Positions 1 to 8,646 of a DNA stretch of 64,000 nt are shown one piece after another. The stretch comes from Candidatus Latescibacterota bacterium (GTDB taxonomy: Bacteria; Latescibacterota; UBA2968; UBA8231). The notes beneath the pieces are model-generated. The model did not search any database and was not told the DNA's origin. It saw nothing but the letters and a program-made list of their open reading frames with translations. Each line of letters opens with the position of its first letter. The stretch's first letter is position 1. The position numbers were made by a program, and so were the translations under genes. The stretch is from positions 4,128,001 to 4,192,000 of the forward strand of contig OZ241362.1 of the NCBI GenBank assembly GCA_965200315.1, in the 5' to 3' direction.

Positions 1-870
1 GCCATGACGCTTTACTTTGATGTCGGCGAACAAGCCGGACTCACGGCCAAATTGTAGGAGGCTATCGCGCAGCGAGTTCCAGTGGTTCTTGTCGGTGCGG
101 TCGAGCCTCATCATCAACATGGGAACGTGTTCGCCTTCCGGCGAGGCGGCCTCGCGTACCGGATCGTAGGTGCGCTTGGGTTTGGAGCGAAGCGGCGCGA
201 TTGGAATTACACCCATGGTGAACAGAAACCCCAAACCATAATCGTGCCACCTCGTGCGTCCGCGCTTACTAGTTTTGCGGTTGGGGAACAATGTTTCGAG
301 GTACTCGACGATTGGTCGCACGTTCGGAAACCGGTGAAAATATCGTTCTGAATGTCCAGAGGTCAGCATATCGAGTATGGGCGTCGCCATCCCAAATGGG
401 AAGTCGATCTCCACCTCCTGATGCGGGGTGGAAAGAACGATTTTGTCGGAGTCGCCTCGTCGCAAAGCCAGAAAGGACTCGGCATTGAACTGATAGCGCA
501 AGGACGCGACAACAGGTTGAGAACCTTTTTCCGAGAAGGCGACCGATATTTCGTACGGCGGCACACGGTTGCGAGGCTCAACCGTGAAACCGAGTTTGAA
601 CTCGTCGATACGGCCGCTTGGACCGCGCCGCGACCGAACGATGTCGTGGAACGAGCCCATCGAAAAAGGCTCCTCGTTGAAGTCCAACCATTCGTCGGTG
701 TTGACATCCTGTCTGGAAAGCACTTGATGCAATACCCTGTAACAACCGAGGAAGGTAGTCTTTCCCGTACTGTTTTCGCCCACGAGCAGCGTAATGGGCC
801 GCAAGCAACCGCGCTGTGTGCCTTGAAAACAGCGTACGTCCTCCAGAATCAATTCCCTTATTTCGTCCAT
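1..870 (-). CDS. AAA/ABC-type ATPase (AAA_15/AAA_21, OLD/SMC-like head), runs off the left edge
   Basis: Not in the ORF track because it has no stop inside the window. Manual translation from ATG at 870 gives MDEIRELILEDVRCFQG...ITLLVGENSTGKTTFLG (Walker A), open to position 1. GAGGGAG RBS upstream. Confidence 0.8.
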   Translation of the reverse strand, partial: MDEIRELILEDVRCFQGTQRGCLRPITLLVGENSTGKTTFLGCYRVLHQVLSRQDVNTDEWLDFNEEPFSMGSFHDIVRSRRGPSGRIDEFKLGFTVEPRNRVPPYEISVAFSEKGSQPVVASLRYQFNAESFLALRRGDSDKIVLSTPHQEVEIDFPFGMATPILDMLTSGHSERYFHRFPNVRPIVEYLETLFPNRKTSKRGRTRWHDYGLGFLFTMGVIPIAPLRSKPKRTYDPVREAASPEGEHVPMLMMRLDRTDKNHWNSLRDSLLQFGRESGLFADIKVKRHG

Positions 871-992
871 CGCAACGTTCTCCCTCGATTCGTTCGGCTG
901 TCAAACGAATTCGGCCTGAAATTACGATAGCACTTCACTAAGTGCCAGTTCAGAAGTCCTTCTCAACCTTCACATCCGGCCTGATTCTACGC

Positions 993-1862
993 TCAAAAGC
1001 CCATCTTGTGAGAGTGATTCGGCTTGGCCTCGCACTCGGCGCACAGCAATTCGGCGAGTGCCTTCGCGTCTTGCAGGTGGCCGAGGATTTCGGCTTTGCG
1101 GCGAACTACGGCGAAATCGCCGGGGGTCAGGGTGGTGAGTCGACTTGGGTCCAATAGGCACTCGGCTAGCCGAAGTTCTTGAAGCCGCTCGTGCCGTTTG
1201 GGATCGCGGCCGTCGTCGTCCTCTTCGCCGACACTGTAGAGGTTCGCCCCGAGCTGGGCGGCCAGCGTCTTGCAAAACTCGGTCTTGCCGGTCCCCGGCG
1301 GTCCGTACACCAAGATATTCACGCCCGGTGCGCCGGTGGACAGTGCGCCCTTGACCAACTTTTCGATGTAGTCGCGTTCCTCGGCCACGTGGTCGAAGTC
1401 CGACCACTCCAACTCGCCCGGGGTCGCCGCGTAGAGCAGCGACTCAATGATTGGCTGTGTGCGTTCTCGCAGCATGATCTCTAGGATCGCGACGTCTTCC
1501 TGTGCGAGGTCCATCTCTCGTCCGAGAGACCGGAGCCGCCGTGCCGTGCGATCTTCCCGCCCCCCTTCGGAGGCCGCTGAGTGCTGGTATGCAAGGAGCT
1601 CCTGTACGTGCTGCCATTCCCAGGCGGACATCTTACTTTCATTTCTGGTGCGTTTGCTCGCCCAGCCCTCCTCCCATTTCAACTTGGGCCCTTTGCCCGG
1701 CTTTTCACTTTCGTCCCTGAGCTCCAGCAGGTCGAGGTTTTGGTCAAACCAATCAGCTAGGGCTCTTGCTTCCAAGCGGCCATGGTGCAGGCGATCGGCG
1801 GCGTTGGAGAGGTAAAAGAGAATAAGCTGTCGTTCGTAGGCGTTGAGGTAGGCTTTGAGCAT
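993..1862 (-). pseudogene. AAA+ ATPase with large in-frame internal deletion(s)
   Basis: Walker A GPPGTGKT present but no Walker B. The first AAA domain runs directly into the family C-terminal tail LTPGDFAVVRRK...KMGF. AAGGAGG RBS before ATG 1862. Confidence 0.65.
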
Positions 1863-1889
1863 GGTTTCCTCCTTGAAATGACGCGGCAC

Positions 1890-2342
1890 TTACTCCGCCA
1901 CCAAAATCGCCAGACCGACATCCACTCCATCAAAAAACGACTCTATCGCAGCAGCTAGGAGATCCCTGTTAGAGTCTATGATTAGGAGAAAACCCTCGGC
2001 GACGACGAGGACCGGCGTCTCCAACTCGTTCTCTTCGGGTATGATCGATACCGCAGATACTATGAGATAGTCTAGCGGCACGTATGCTACTGCATCGGGT
2101 CCGAGGTTGGGGAATGCTGCCTTGAGATAAAGGGCTTGGAAGGTTGTTGGGGTTATCTGGTCATCCTCTATGAAGATGTTGCCGTCCTCGTCATAGAGGG
2201 AACGGGACAGTCGCTGCTCGATGATGATTCCTTCTCTGGGCGGTCCGACTTCGCCTTGTGGCCCCATCGGTCCGGCCGGACCTTCGCATGCGACAAGGCC
2301 GAAGGCCAACATAGCTACGAAAAAAGAAAAGCGAGTACGCAT
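1890..2342 (-). CDS. Lipoprotein with short collagen-like G-X-Y repeat
   Basis: Signal peptide plus lipobox LVAC followed by GPAGPMGPQGEVGPP. AAGGAGGT RBS before ATG 2342. Confidence 0.7.
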   Translation of the reverse strand: MRTRFSFFVAMLAFGLVACEGPAGPMGPQGEVGPPREGIIIEQRLSRSLYDEDGNIFIEDDQITPTTFQALYLKAAFPNLGPDAVAYVPLDYLIVSAVSIIPEENELETPVLVVAEGFLLIIDSNRDLLAAAIESFFDGVDVGLAILVAE

Positions 2343-2373
2343 TGCACACCTCCTTCTGGTTGTGGGAAAAGGG

Positions 2374-2410
2374 AACTTATTTAGGAGGTGCGACAGATCG
2401 CGTCGCAGGC
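2374..2410 (-). promoter_or_regulatory. Palindromic operator TGCGAC-N7-GTCGCA with TGTCGC-N10-TAAGTT promoter (WYL-activator type), copy 1
   Basis: 25-bp core 2386-2410 is identical to 4824-4848. -10-like TAAGTT lies exactly 10 nt after TGTCGC on the minus strand. Confidence 0.65.
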
Positions 2411-2532
2411 AGAATTTTTTTATAAAAAGATCAATTTTCGTCAAAATCGTTCGTCTGATCGCGCTGGCGACGCGGCCGAGGGCTACCGGAAGCTCGATGA
2501 AACATCAAACGAGCGAAATTGGGGTTAGGTGA

Positions 2533-2811
2533 ATGTATGAGTTAATATGGCCCCGAGACAGAGGGGATCACATTGCACTACACAGCATCACTCCCAATGA
2601 AGTCGAAGAAGTCTGCTTCGGTAGGCCCTATGTTCAACGTGCGAAATCTCAAGGAGAAAATCCCGTTTACTATATCTTGGGGCAAACAAACGCAGTACGT
2701 TATCTATTCTGTGTAGTGATCCAATTTCCCGATGGCAGAGGCTACCCCGTCACAGCTAGAGCAATGACCGATAGGGAAAAACGAAGATATAGACAAAGGA
2801 GGAACCCATGA
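2533..2811 (+). CDS. BrnT-family type II toxin (ribonuclease)
   Basis: W...HIALHSITPNEVEEV...ILGQT...LFCVV...VTARAMTDREKRRY pattern; overlaps downstream antitoxin (ATGA). Confidence 0.8.
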   Translation: MYELIWPRDRGDHIALHSITPNEVEEVCFGRPYVQRAKSQGENPVYYILGQTNAVRYLFCVVIQFPDGRGYPVTARAMTDREKRRYRQRRNP

Positions 2812-3074
2812 AGCGGACGAACATTCCACAAACCGATTCGATTCAAGAGCTTGCTCACTTCTGGGACACTCATGACTTAACGGATTTTGAGAATGAACTC
2901 GAGGAAGTGGGGGAACCTGTTTTTGAACGGCAAATCGTAATCCCTGTTCGCTTAGGGCCTGAAGAATCTGAGTTTGTCAACGAGCTTGCCAAGTCACGTG
3001 GCATCTCTGATGTGAAGCTGATTCAGGAGTGGATCACTGAACGCATTGAGGCTTCGTCGGGATCGGTGTCTTAA
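2808..3074 (+). CDS. BrnA/CopG-like antitoxin
   Basis: IPQTDSIQELAHFWDTHDLTDF N-terminus plus RHH-like C-terminus; translationally coupled to the toxin. Confidence 0.8.
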   Translation: MKRTNIPQTDSIQELAHFWDTHDLTDFENELEEVGEPVFERQIVIPVRLGPEESEFVNELAKSRGISDVKLIQEWITERIEASSGSVS

Positions 3075-3869
3075 CGTTTGAGTGATCCAGAGCATATGTT
3101 TTGGTGGGGAAGAGACACCTTCGGTTTCAGATGCTTTAAGCCAAGCGAGAGACTGGACCTTGGTGTTAAGAACGTTTCTCAGAAGCGGTCTGAAACCCCC
3201 CATTGGCTTGCTTGGTGTGAGCGGGCCCGTGGCCTTGGCGTTAAGCGTTTTGCGAAGGCGAGACGCCCTCGAGCCGAGGGTCTTTGAGCCGTTTGAGGAG
3301 CCGAACTTGGCGTTTGCAGACGGCTTCTCAGACGCTCCCTTGAAACTGTGAATATAGGACTGGATACAATCATCGTGCATTTGAATAAGCTTCCCTTGCA
3401 CCTTCTCCCGAGGAGCGTCGAGTTCCAGATTCAGACGTCCTCGTGCTAGCTGCCAACGCTTAGCGATGTAACTCGGATGATACAGACGTGCCGGCAAGCA
3501 ATTTGGTATGGCTAGGTTTAGAAAAGTCTTCTCTGCGTCCTCACCAAAGCAGAATGCCATTTGTGGACCGAAGATTTCGACTTCCTTGATCAAGAAGTGC
3601 TTTACGCAATGCTCAACGATTAGTTCTTCGCCTCCTCCATTATTGAATCTGCACTTTACCAGATTGGTAATATAGACATTCCGCAGTTGATGACGCCGCA
3701 TTAGATATGCGAAGTAGGGGCCATAGAAGTTCCCCTCAAACTGAGCTATCTGACACGGCAAATCGGGCCAACTCTGACAACTAGGGGTCCAGTAATAATG
3801 ATTCACAGGTGGCTTTTTCTTAAAACCATTGAAGGGTATAGACTCACCATTGCCATCGTCATCCAGCCC
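2994..3869 (-). pseudogene. Uracil-DNA-glycosylase-like domain, N-terminally truncated and fused to a WYL remnant
   Basis: VYITNLVKC, C...L..EVEIFGP...FG and LYHPSY motifs of UDG families 4/5; motif A region absent; boundaries approximate. Confidence 0.55.
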
Positions 3870-4010
3870 CAGCACCGCCCGCAACTCCTCCGGCTCCAAC
3901 ACCTCAGCCGCCGCTCCGAAACTCAACACCCAACTCTTGATCTCGTAAACCCCCCAGCCCGCAGCCGCAGCACCACCCGCTCGTCCTCCAGTTCTTCCAG
4001 TTTCTGGCTC
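3870..4010 (-). pseudogene. C-terminal (WCX) remnant of a WYL-domain transcription factor
   Basis: Across one frameshift in a G run: SQKLEELEDERVVLRLRAGG/YEIKSWVLSFGAAAEVLEPEELRAVL, the typical end of YafY/PafC-type WYL proteins. Confidence 0.7.
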
Positions 4011-4773
4011 AGGTGAATCCAGTCTGCGTCGCGTAGCCGACCGGTGCGGAGCTTATGCAAATCGACCTTTGTCTCGATGCTGAGCAGGTGCTGGACCACC
4101 TGTATCTTGGACATTTTCGGGCTGAAAATTAACACTCCAGCTCCGGCATCCACGGCTGCGTTATGCGCCAAGGTCAGCGGCCGTCTTGCCCACGTTCGGG
4201 CACGCCGCCAGCACGATCAGGTCGCCCCTCTGAAGGCCGGAGGTACACTCGTTGAGATCGACAAATCCGGTATCGACCCCAGAGGTCGTGCTGGCCTTAT
4301 TGTGGACACGCTTACTCTGTTCGAGTACGTCGCCTATGAGCGATTCCAGCGACTCAATTCCGCCGCTGATCCAATTTTCGCCAATGCTAAAAAACTGCGG
4401 CTCGGCTCGGTTGATTAGCTCTAGTACATCCCCGCTGACTTTGTAGGCTTGCTCGGTGATGTCGCTGGCGGATGAGTGCCTTTTCCAAGATGATCCGTGC
4501 GTGGGCGTCGATATTGGCAGCAGTGGCAACCTTGGCGGCTAGCTCGGCCAGATAGACGGCTCCACCGACGTCATCGAGCTGGTCGCGGCGCTTGAGCTCT
4601 TCGGCCAAGATGAACTGATCGACGACCATGCCGCGATCATAGAGGCTGATCATGGCCTCGAAGAGCCGGCTGTGCGAATAGTTGTAAAAGCAGCTTGGGT
4701 CGAGGATTTCGATGGCATGGCCAACGGCGCACTGTTCGAGCATCATCGCCCCAACACAGATGGTGCGGATCAC
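4008..4773 (-). pseudogene. dnaB: Replicative helicase dnaB 5' fragment, frameshifted and degenerate
   Basis: Three overlapping frames: FYNYSHSRLFEAM...VGGAVYLAEL..., TGFVDLN...GLQRGDLIVLAACPNVGKTA, VLIFSPKMS...LRTGRLRDADW. C-terminal third missing. Confidence 0.85.
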
Positions 4774-4811
4774 GGTGTCCTCCTGTGGGTTGAGATGAGT
4801 TGTTTTACTCA

Positions 4812-4848
4812 ACATTAGCCCACAGGTGCGACAGATCGCGTCGCAGGC
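4812..4848 (-). promoter_or_regulatory. Palindromic operator with TGTCGC-N10-TAATGT promoter (WYL-activator type), copy 2
   Basis: Same 25-bp core as copy 1. -10 TAATGT at identical spacing. AGGAGG RBS plus GTG at 4773 downstream. Confidence 0.65.
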
Positions 4849-4979
4849 GGAACATTTTTTACGAAGGAATCAATTTCGCCGAAATCGATCACATGAAAAC
4901 GGATATTGTCGAAATCTGTAATATGCTGTGAATCGTTCTCAAACGTTTTGGTGATGGCGACCTTTGTATTTCTTTGCCC

Positions 4980-5669
4980 CTATTCCGCTCGCGTCACTAA
5001 GTGCTCAAACAGCTTCGACCAAATCGTCCTAGGCATCCGCTCCGGGTGAAACTGTACGCCGATCAAGCGGCCATCCGCGCTCTCAACCGCCTCCACGATG
5101 CCATCGCCGCTGCGCCCGCTGATATCCAACCCCGCTCCGGGCCGGTCAATGGCCTGCATGTGATTGGAATTGACTCGCGAAGGGCCAGCAAGGCCGAGCG
5201 CAGCCAGCACCGTGCCCGACTCTACTTGGAGATCGTGCTCGATCCAATTGTCCGCAGTCCGCTGTCGCGCATGCGGCTCAACGCCGAGTTGGGCTTCCAC
5301 GTCCGCCCAGATCGTGCCGCCCAACTCAGCGCTGATAAACTGCATTCCGTAGCAGATGCCCAAAACCGGCAACTGGCGCTCCTGCGCGGCCTCAAAGCTC
5401 CAGCGGTCGGCTTGGTCGCGCTTGGCCGCCACCGGCGGTAGGTCGCTGGGCAGGGTGCCGATCAGGCCGCGCTCAATGCCCGGGCCGCCGGTGAGCAACA
5501 GACCGTCGATACGCTCAAGTACCGCTTGCAGTGGAGCGCGATCTGTGGTCATAGGCAGCACGAGCGGGGCACCACCCGCCTGCACGACCGCGTCCACGTA
5601 TTGATACTCGAGGACTTGATGGCCGTCGGCGTTTAGGCTGCTGGTGATGCCGATGAGCGGGCGGGACAT
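4980..5669 (-). CDS. Gamma-glutamyl-gamma-aminobutyrate hydrolase family (peptidase C26, PuuD-like)
   Basis: RPLIGIT, GLLLTGG, LGICYGMQ, VNSNHMQA and GVQFHPE motifs. Confidence 0.85.
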   Translation of the reverse strand: MSRPLIGITSSLNADGHQVLEYQYVDAVVQAGGAPLVLPMTTDRAPLQAVLERIDGLLLTGGPGIERGLIGTLPSDLPPVAAKRDQADRWSFEAAQERQLPVLGICYGMQFISAELGGTIWADVEAQLGVEPHARQRTADNWIEHDLQVESGTVLAALGLAGPSRVNSNHMQAIDRPGAGLDISGRSGDGIVEAVESADGRLIGVQFHPERMPRTIWSKLFEHLVTRAE

Positions 5670-7042
5670 CAGACGCCGGCCTTGAGCCTTGCGAAGGAGA
5701 CCTTGTCGTCGAGCAGGGTCAGGGCCGCAAAGCTCTCGATGTCGGTACGCGAGGGGTCGATCCGGGAGACGGCATTGAGCAAAAAGCTCTGCTGCCGGTC
5801 GTTGCGCGGGCTGGCGGTCAGGAGACGTTGGTTAAACTCCGCTTTGTCTTCCTCGCTCTTGTTGGCTAGCCGCTCGCCCAGCCACGCCGCCATCGCCGCG
5901 TCGGTTTCATTGGCCGCAATTGCCTCGGCGAAGGCTTCTTGGTCGGTGCCGAGAAAGTCCAGTACCGCGCGGTCGAAACCCGAATCCTCGCCGCACCAGT
6001 ACTCGCCAAGGCAATTGCAGTGCGCTGCGCGGAATTTGTCGATCATCCGCGCTAGGCAGGCGAGGCCGCCGACGCTCAGATCAAACGGGCTGCGCGGCGG
6101 GTGCCGGCGCAAGTCCGTCAGCCCAAAGCTCAACTCGTCGTCGAGGTCTTGCAGGTCGAAGAAGCTCTGGACATCTACGCGCTCGGGCGCGATTTCGGCG
6201 CGGCGCGAGGCGAGCCGTTCGCGCATCTGGTCGTAGTCGCCGGTACTGGCGCGTGCGGCGTCGAATATATCCGGGTGATGTGAATGATGGAGCGGATGGG
6301 CGGGGTGGCGGCCGACATTAGCGCGGCAGACGCTGAAGGCGTTTTTGTCCGCGGCTGACTTCTGGCAGCGCTCGGCGATCCACTCGGTCAGCTCGTCGTC
6401 GTTGGGATTTTCGTACGCCGCTTGGCGAAAGGCGTCCTCTGCAATGCCCAAGAATTCGAGGATGGCCGCGTCTTGGCTGGAGTCGGCACCGAAGCGGTAC
6501 TCACCCAACTTGCCGCAGGTGACCGCCCGCGCCTTGTCGGCCATGCGCGCCGTACCTGCCACACCGAAGACGCTGCGGATATATGGGCTGCGCGGCGGTT
6601 GAGAGGTTAGGTCTAGGTCCCTGAATGCGCCCCAATCGTCTAGCTCAATGGAAGCGAAGACCGTCTTGATGTCCGTGCGATCCGGGGCGTACTTGGCTAT
6701 CCGTTCGACGAGCAGCCGCTCGTGTAGCTCGTCTTGCGGCTCGCGGGTGAGGTGTTCCTCGTTGAAGGCGTCGATCTCCGATTGGCCTTTCTGCGCTCTT
6801 TCCAGCGCCATGACGCCTAAGGTCTCGTCGTCTAGCTCAGCGACAGCCTCGGCGAACTCAGCGGCGTCCATATTGATGAATTCGAGCACTTCGACGTCGA
6901 GGCCGGAGTCGTCTCCATACTTGAACTCGCCAATGGTCCCGGTATTGTGGCCGCGCGCCTTGTCGATCATGCGCGCCAGCCCGACGATGCCGGCGACTTG
7001 GGCGTTGGAGGATCGGCGAGGCGGTTGTCTCGTTAGGTCCAT
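5669..7042 (-). CDS. DUF5069-like protein with three tandem domains
   Basis: Three copies of DL...PPRSP...G...ARM.DK.RA...G..GEY..G.DS..D...L.FL. Confidence 0.7.
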   Translation of the reverse strand: MDLTRQPPRRSSNAQVAGIVGLARMIDKARGHNTGTIGEFKYGDDSGLDVEVLEFINMDAAEFAEAVAELDDETLGVMALERAQKGQSEIDAFNEEHLTREPQDELHERLLVERIAKYAPDRTDIKTVFASIELDDWGAFRDLDLTSQPPRSPYIRSVFGVAGTARMADKARAVTCGKLGEYRFGADSSQDAAILEFLGIAEDAFRQAAYENPNDDELTEWIAERCQKSAADKNAFSVCRANVGRHPAHPLHHSHHPDIFDAARASTGDYDQMRERLASRRAEIAPERVDVQSFFDLQDLDDELSFGLTDLRRHPPRSPFDLSVGGLACLARMIDKFRAAHCNCLGEYWCGEDSGFDRAVLDFLGTDQEAFAEAIAANETDAAMAAWLGERLANKSEEDKAEFNQRLLTASPRNDRQQSFLLNAVSRIDPSRTDIESFAALTLLDDKVSFARLKAGV

Positions 7043-7142
7043 GAGTGTAGCTCCTGTGTTTTGGGTGAGGGTTTTCAATATACCAACCTTAGAAGGGGCG
7101 GCAATGTTTGACGCCTCTAAGGGCGGCTTCTATACTCTGCCC

Positions 7143-7949
7143 ATGCCCGAGCTACCCGAGGTAGAAACCGTCCGCAGCGCGATGGAGTGCCACCTGCTAG
7201 GCCGGCCAATCGCCTGTGTCCGCGTCAGTGCAAAACGCCTGCGCGAACCGTTGCCGAGGGCCGCGCTGCGCTCTTTGGTCGGGGGCTGCTTTGTGGCCGC
7301 TCGCCGCCGCGCCAAGTTCCTCCTCCTCGATCTGCAATCGGGCCGGACGCTCCTGGTCCATCTCGGCATGAGCGGCAACCTGCTCTTGCGTGCGTGGGGA
7401 GCCAAGCACGACCACGTGGGCCTTGAGTTGGCCGACGGGGGTGCTGTAGTGTTCAACGACCCGCGGCGCTTTGGCCTAGTGCTGGTGCTCGACGAGGGCG
7501 AGGAGCACACGTGCCGGTACTTGCAAAACCTCGGTCCCGAGCCGCTCTCCCGCGCCTTTAACGCCCGCTATCTCCAAGCCCAATGCCAGCGGCGCAAAAG
7601 CCCGATCAAGAACCTCATTATGGACAGCCGCACGGTAGTAGGCGTGGGCAATATCTACGCCAGCGAGGCCCTCTTCCGGGCGCGCATTCACCCGGCGACC
7701 CCGGCCGCGGCCATTGAGCCGCCGCGCTTAGCTCTGCTCGCCCAAGAGATCAAAAAGGTGCTGCGCGTTGCCATTGACCAAGGCGGCACGACCATCAGCG
7801 ACTATCAGGGGTCGGGTGCGGGCGGGCGCTTTCAGCAGCGGCTCCACGTTTACGGCCGCCAAGGCGAGGACTGCCGAGTCTGCGACGCGCCCATCGAGAG
7901 CTTTTACTTGGGAGGCCGCAACACCTTCTATTGCCCAAGTTGCCAATAA
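7143..7949 (+). CDS. mutM: Formamidopyrimidine-DNA glycosylase
   Basis: MPELPEVET N-terminus, HLGMSG, DPRRFG, GVGNIYASE and C-terminal C4 zinc finger. Confidence 0.97.
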   Translation: MPELPEVETVRSAMECHLLGRPIACVRVSAKRLREPLPRAALRSLVGGCFVAARRRAKFLLLDLQSGRTLLVHLGMSGNLLLRAWGAKHDHVGLELADGGAVVFNDPRRFGLVLVLDEGEEHTCRYLQNLGPEPLSRAFNARYLQAQCQRRKSPIKNLIMDSRTVVGVGNIYASEALFRARIHPATPAAAIEPPRLALLAQEIKKVLRVAIDQGGTTISDYQGSGAGGRFQQRLHVYGRQGEDCRVCDAPIESFYLGGRNTFYCPSCQ

Positions 7950-8003
7950 AAACGCCGGCCCCATTTGGGACCGGCGCGGCAAGCAATAAACGAAGGGATG
8001 GCG

Positions 8004-8612
8004 CTACTTTTGGGCGTACCCGTTGGGTGAGGGTGCCGTGGTGGTGATGATGTCGTCGAGCAGGCCGTATCCTTTGGCTTCTTCGGCCGACATGAAAAAG
8101 TCGCGGTCCGTGTCTTTGGAGATCTTTTCGACCGGTTGGCCGGTGTGCTTGGCGTAGAGCGCGTTTAGCTCTTCGCGCAGGCGGATCGTCTCCTTGGCGC
8201 GGATGTCGAGGTCGATCGCCGTGCCAGTGACTGTGTGGAGGATGCTCGGCTGATGGATCATAATCCGGGCGTGCGGCCAAGCGAAGCGACGCCCTGGCTC
8301 GCCAGCCGACAGTAGGAATGAGCCCATGCTCATGGCCATGCCCATGCACACCGTGGAAACGGGTGCCTGAATCGCCAGCATGGCGTCGTAGATAGCCATG
8401 CCATCGTGAACCGAGCCGCCGGGACTGTTGATATAGAGGACGATTTCCTTGGTTGGATCCTCGACATCCAGCGAGAGCAGGCGAGTGACCACGGCCTTGG
8501 CCGACTCGTCATTGACGTCGGACCAGAGAAATATTTTGCGCGCTTTGTACAGGCTCTCCTCCAAGTTTTTTTCTTGGAGGGTTTTGAGTAGATTTTCTTC
8601 TTTTTCAGCCAT
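8004..8612 (-). CDS. clpP: ATP-dependent Clp protease proteolytic subunit
   Basis: YINSPGGSV, AMSMGSFLL, IMIHQP and DRDFFMSAEEA motifs. Confidence 0.95.
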   Translation of the reverse strand: MAEKEENLLKTLQEKNLEESLYKARKIFLWSDVNDESAKAVVTRLLSLDVEDPTKEIVLYINSPGGSVHDGMAIYDAMLAIQAPVSTVCMGMAMSMGSFLLSAGEPGRRFAWPHARIMIHQPSILHTVTGTAIDLDIRAKETIRLREELNALYAKHTGQPVEKISKDTDRDFFMSAEEAKGYGLLDDIITTTAPSPNGYAQK

Positions 8613-8646
8613 TAAAATATCTCCATAACTCTGAAATTGTTCTACT

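Noticed and set aside
352-930. 192-aa plus-strand ORF
   Set aside because: Antisense shadow of the minus-strand ATPase (1-870), which has the RBS and Walker A motif.
4387-4815. ATG at 4815 as the start of a functional dnaB
   Set aside because: The ATG overlaps the proposed -10 element, has no RBS, and the gene is fragmented.
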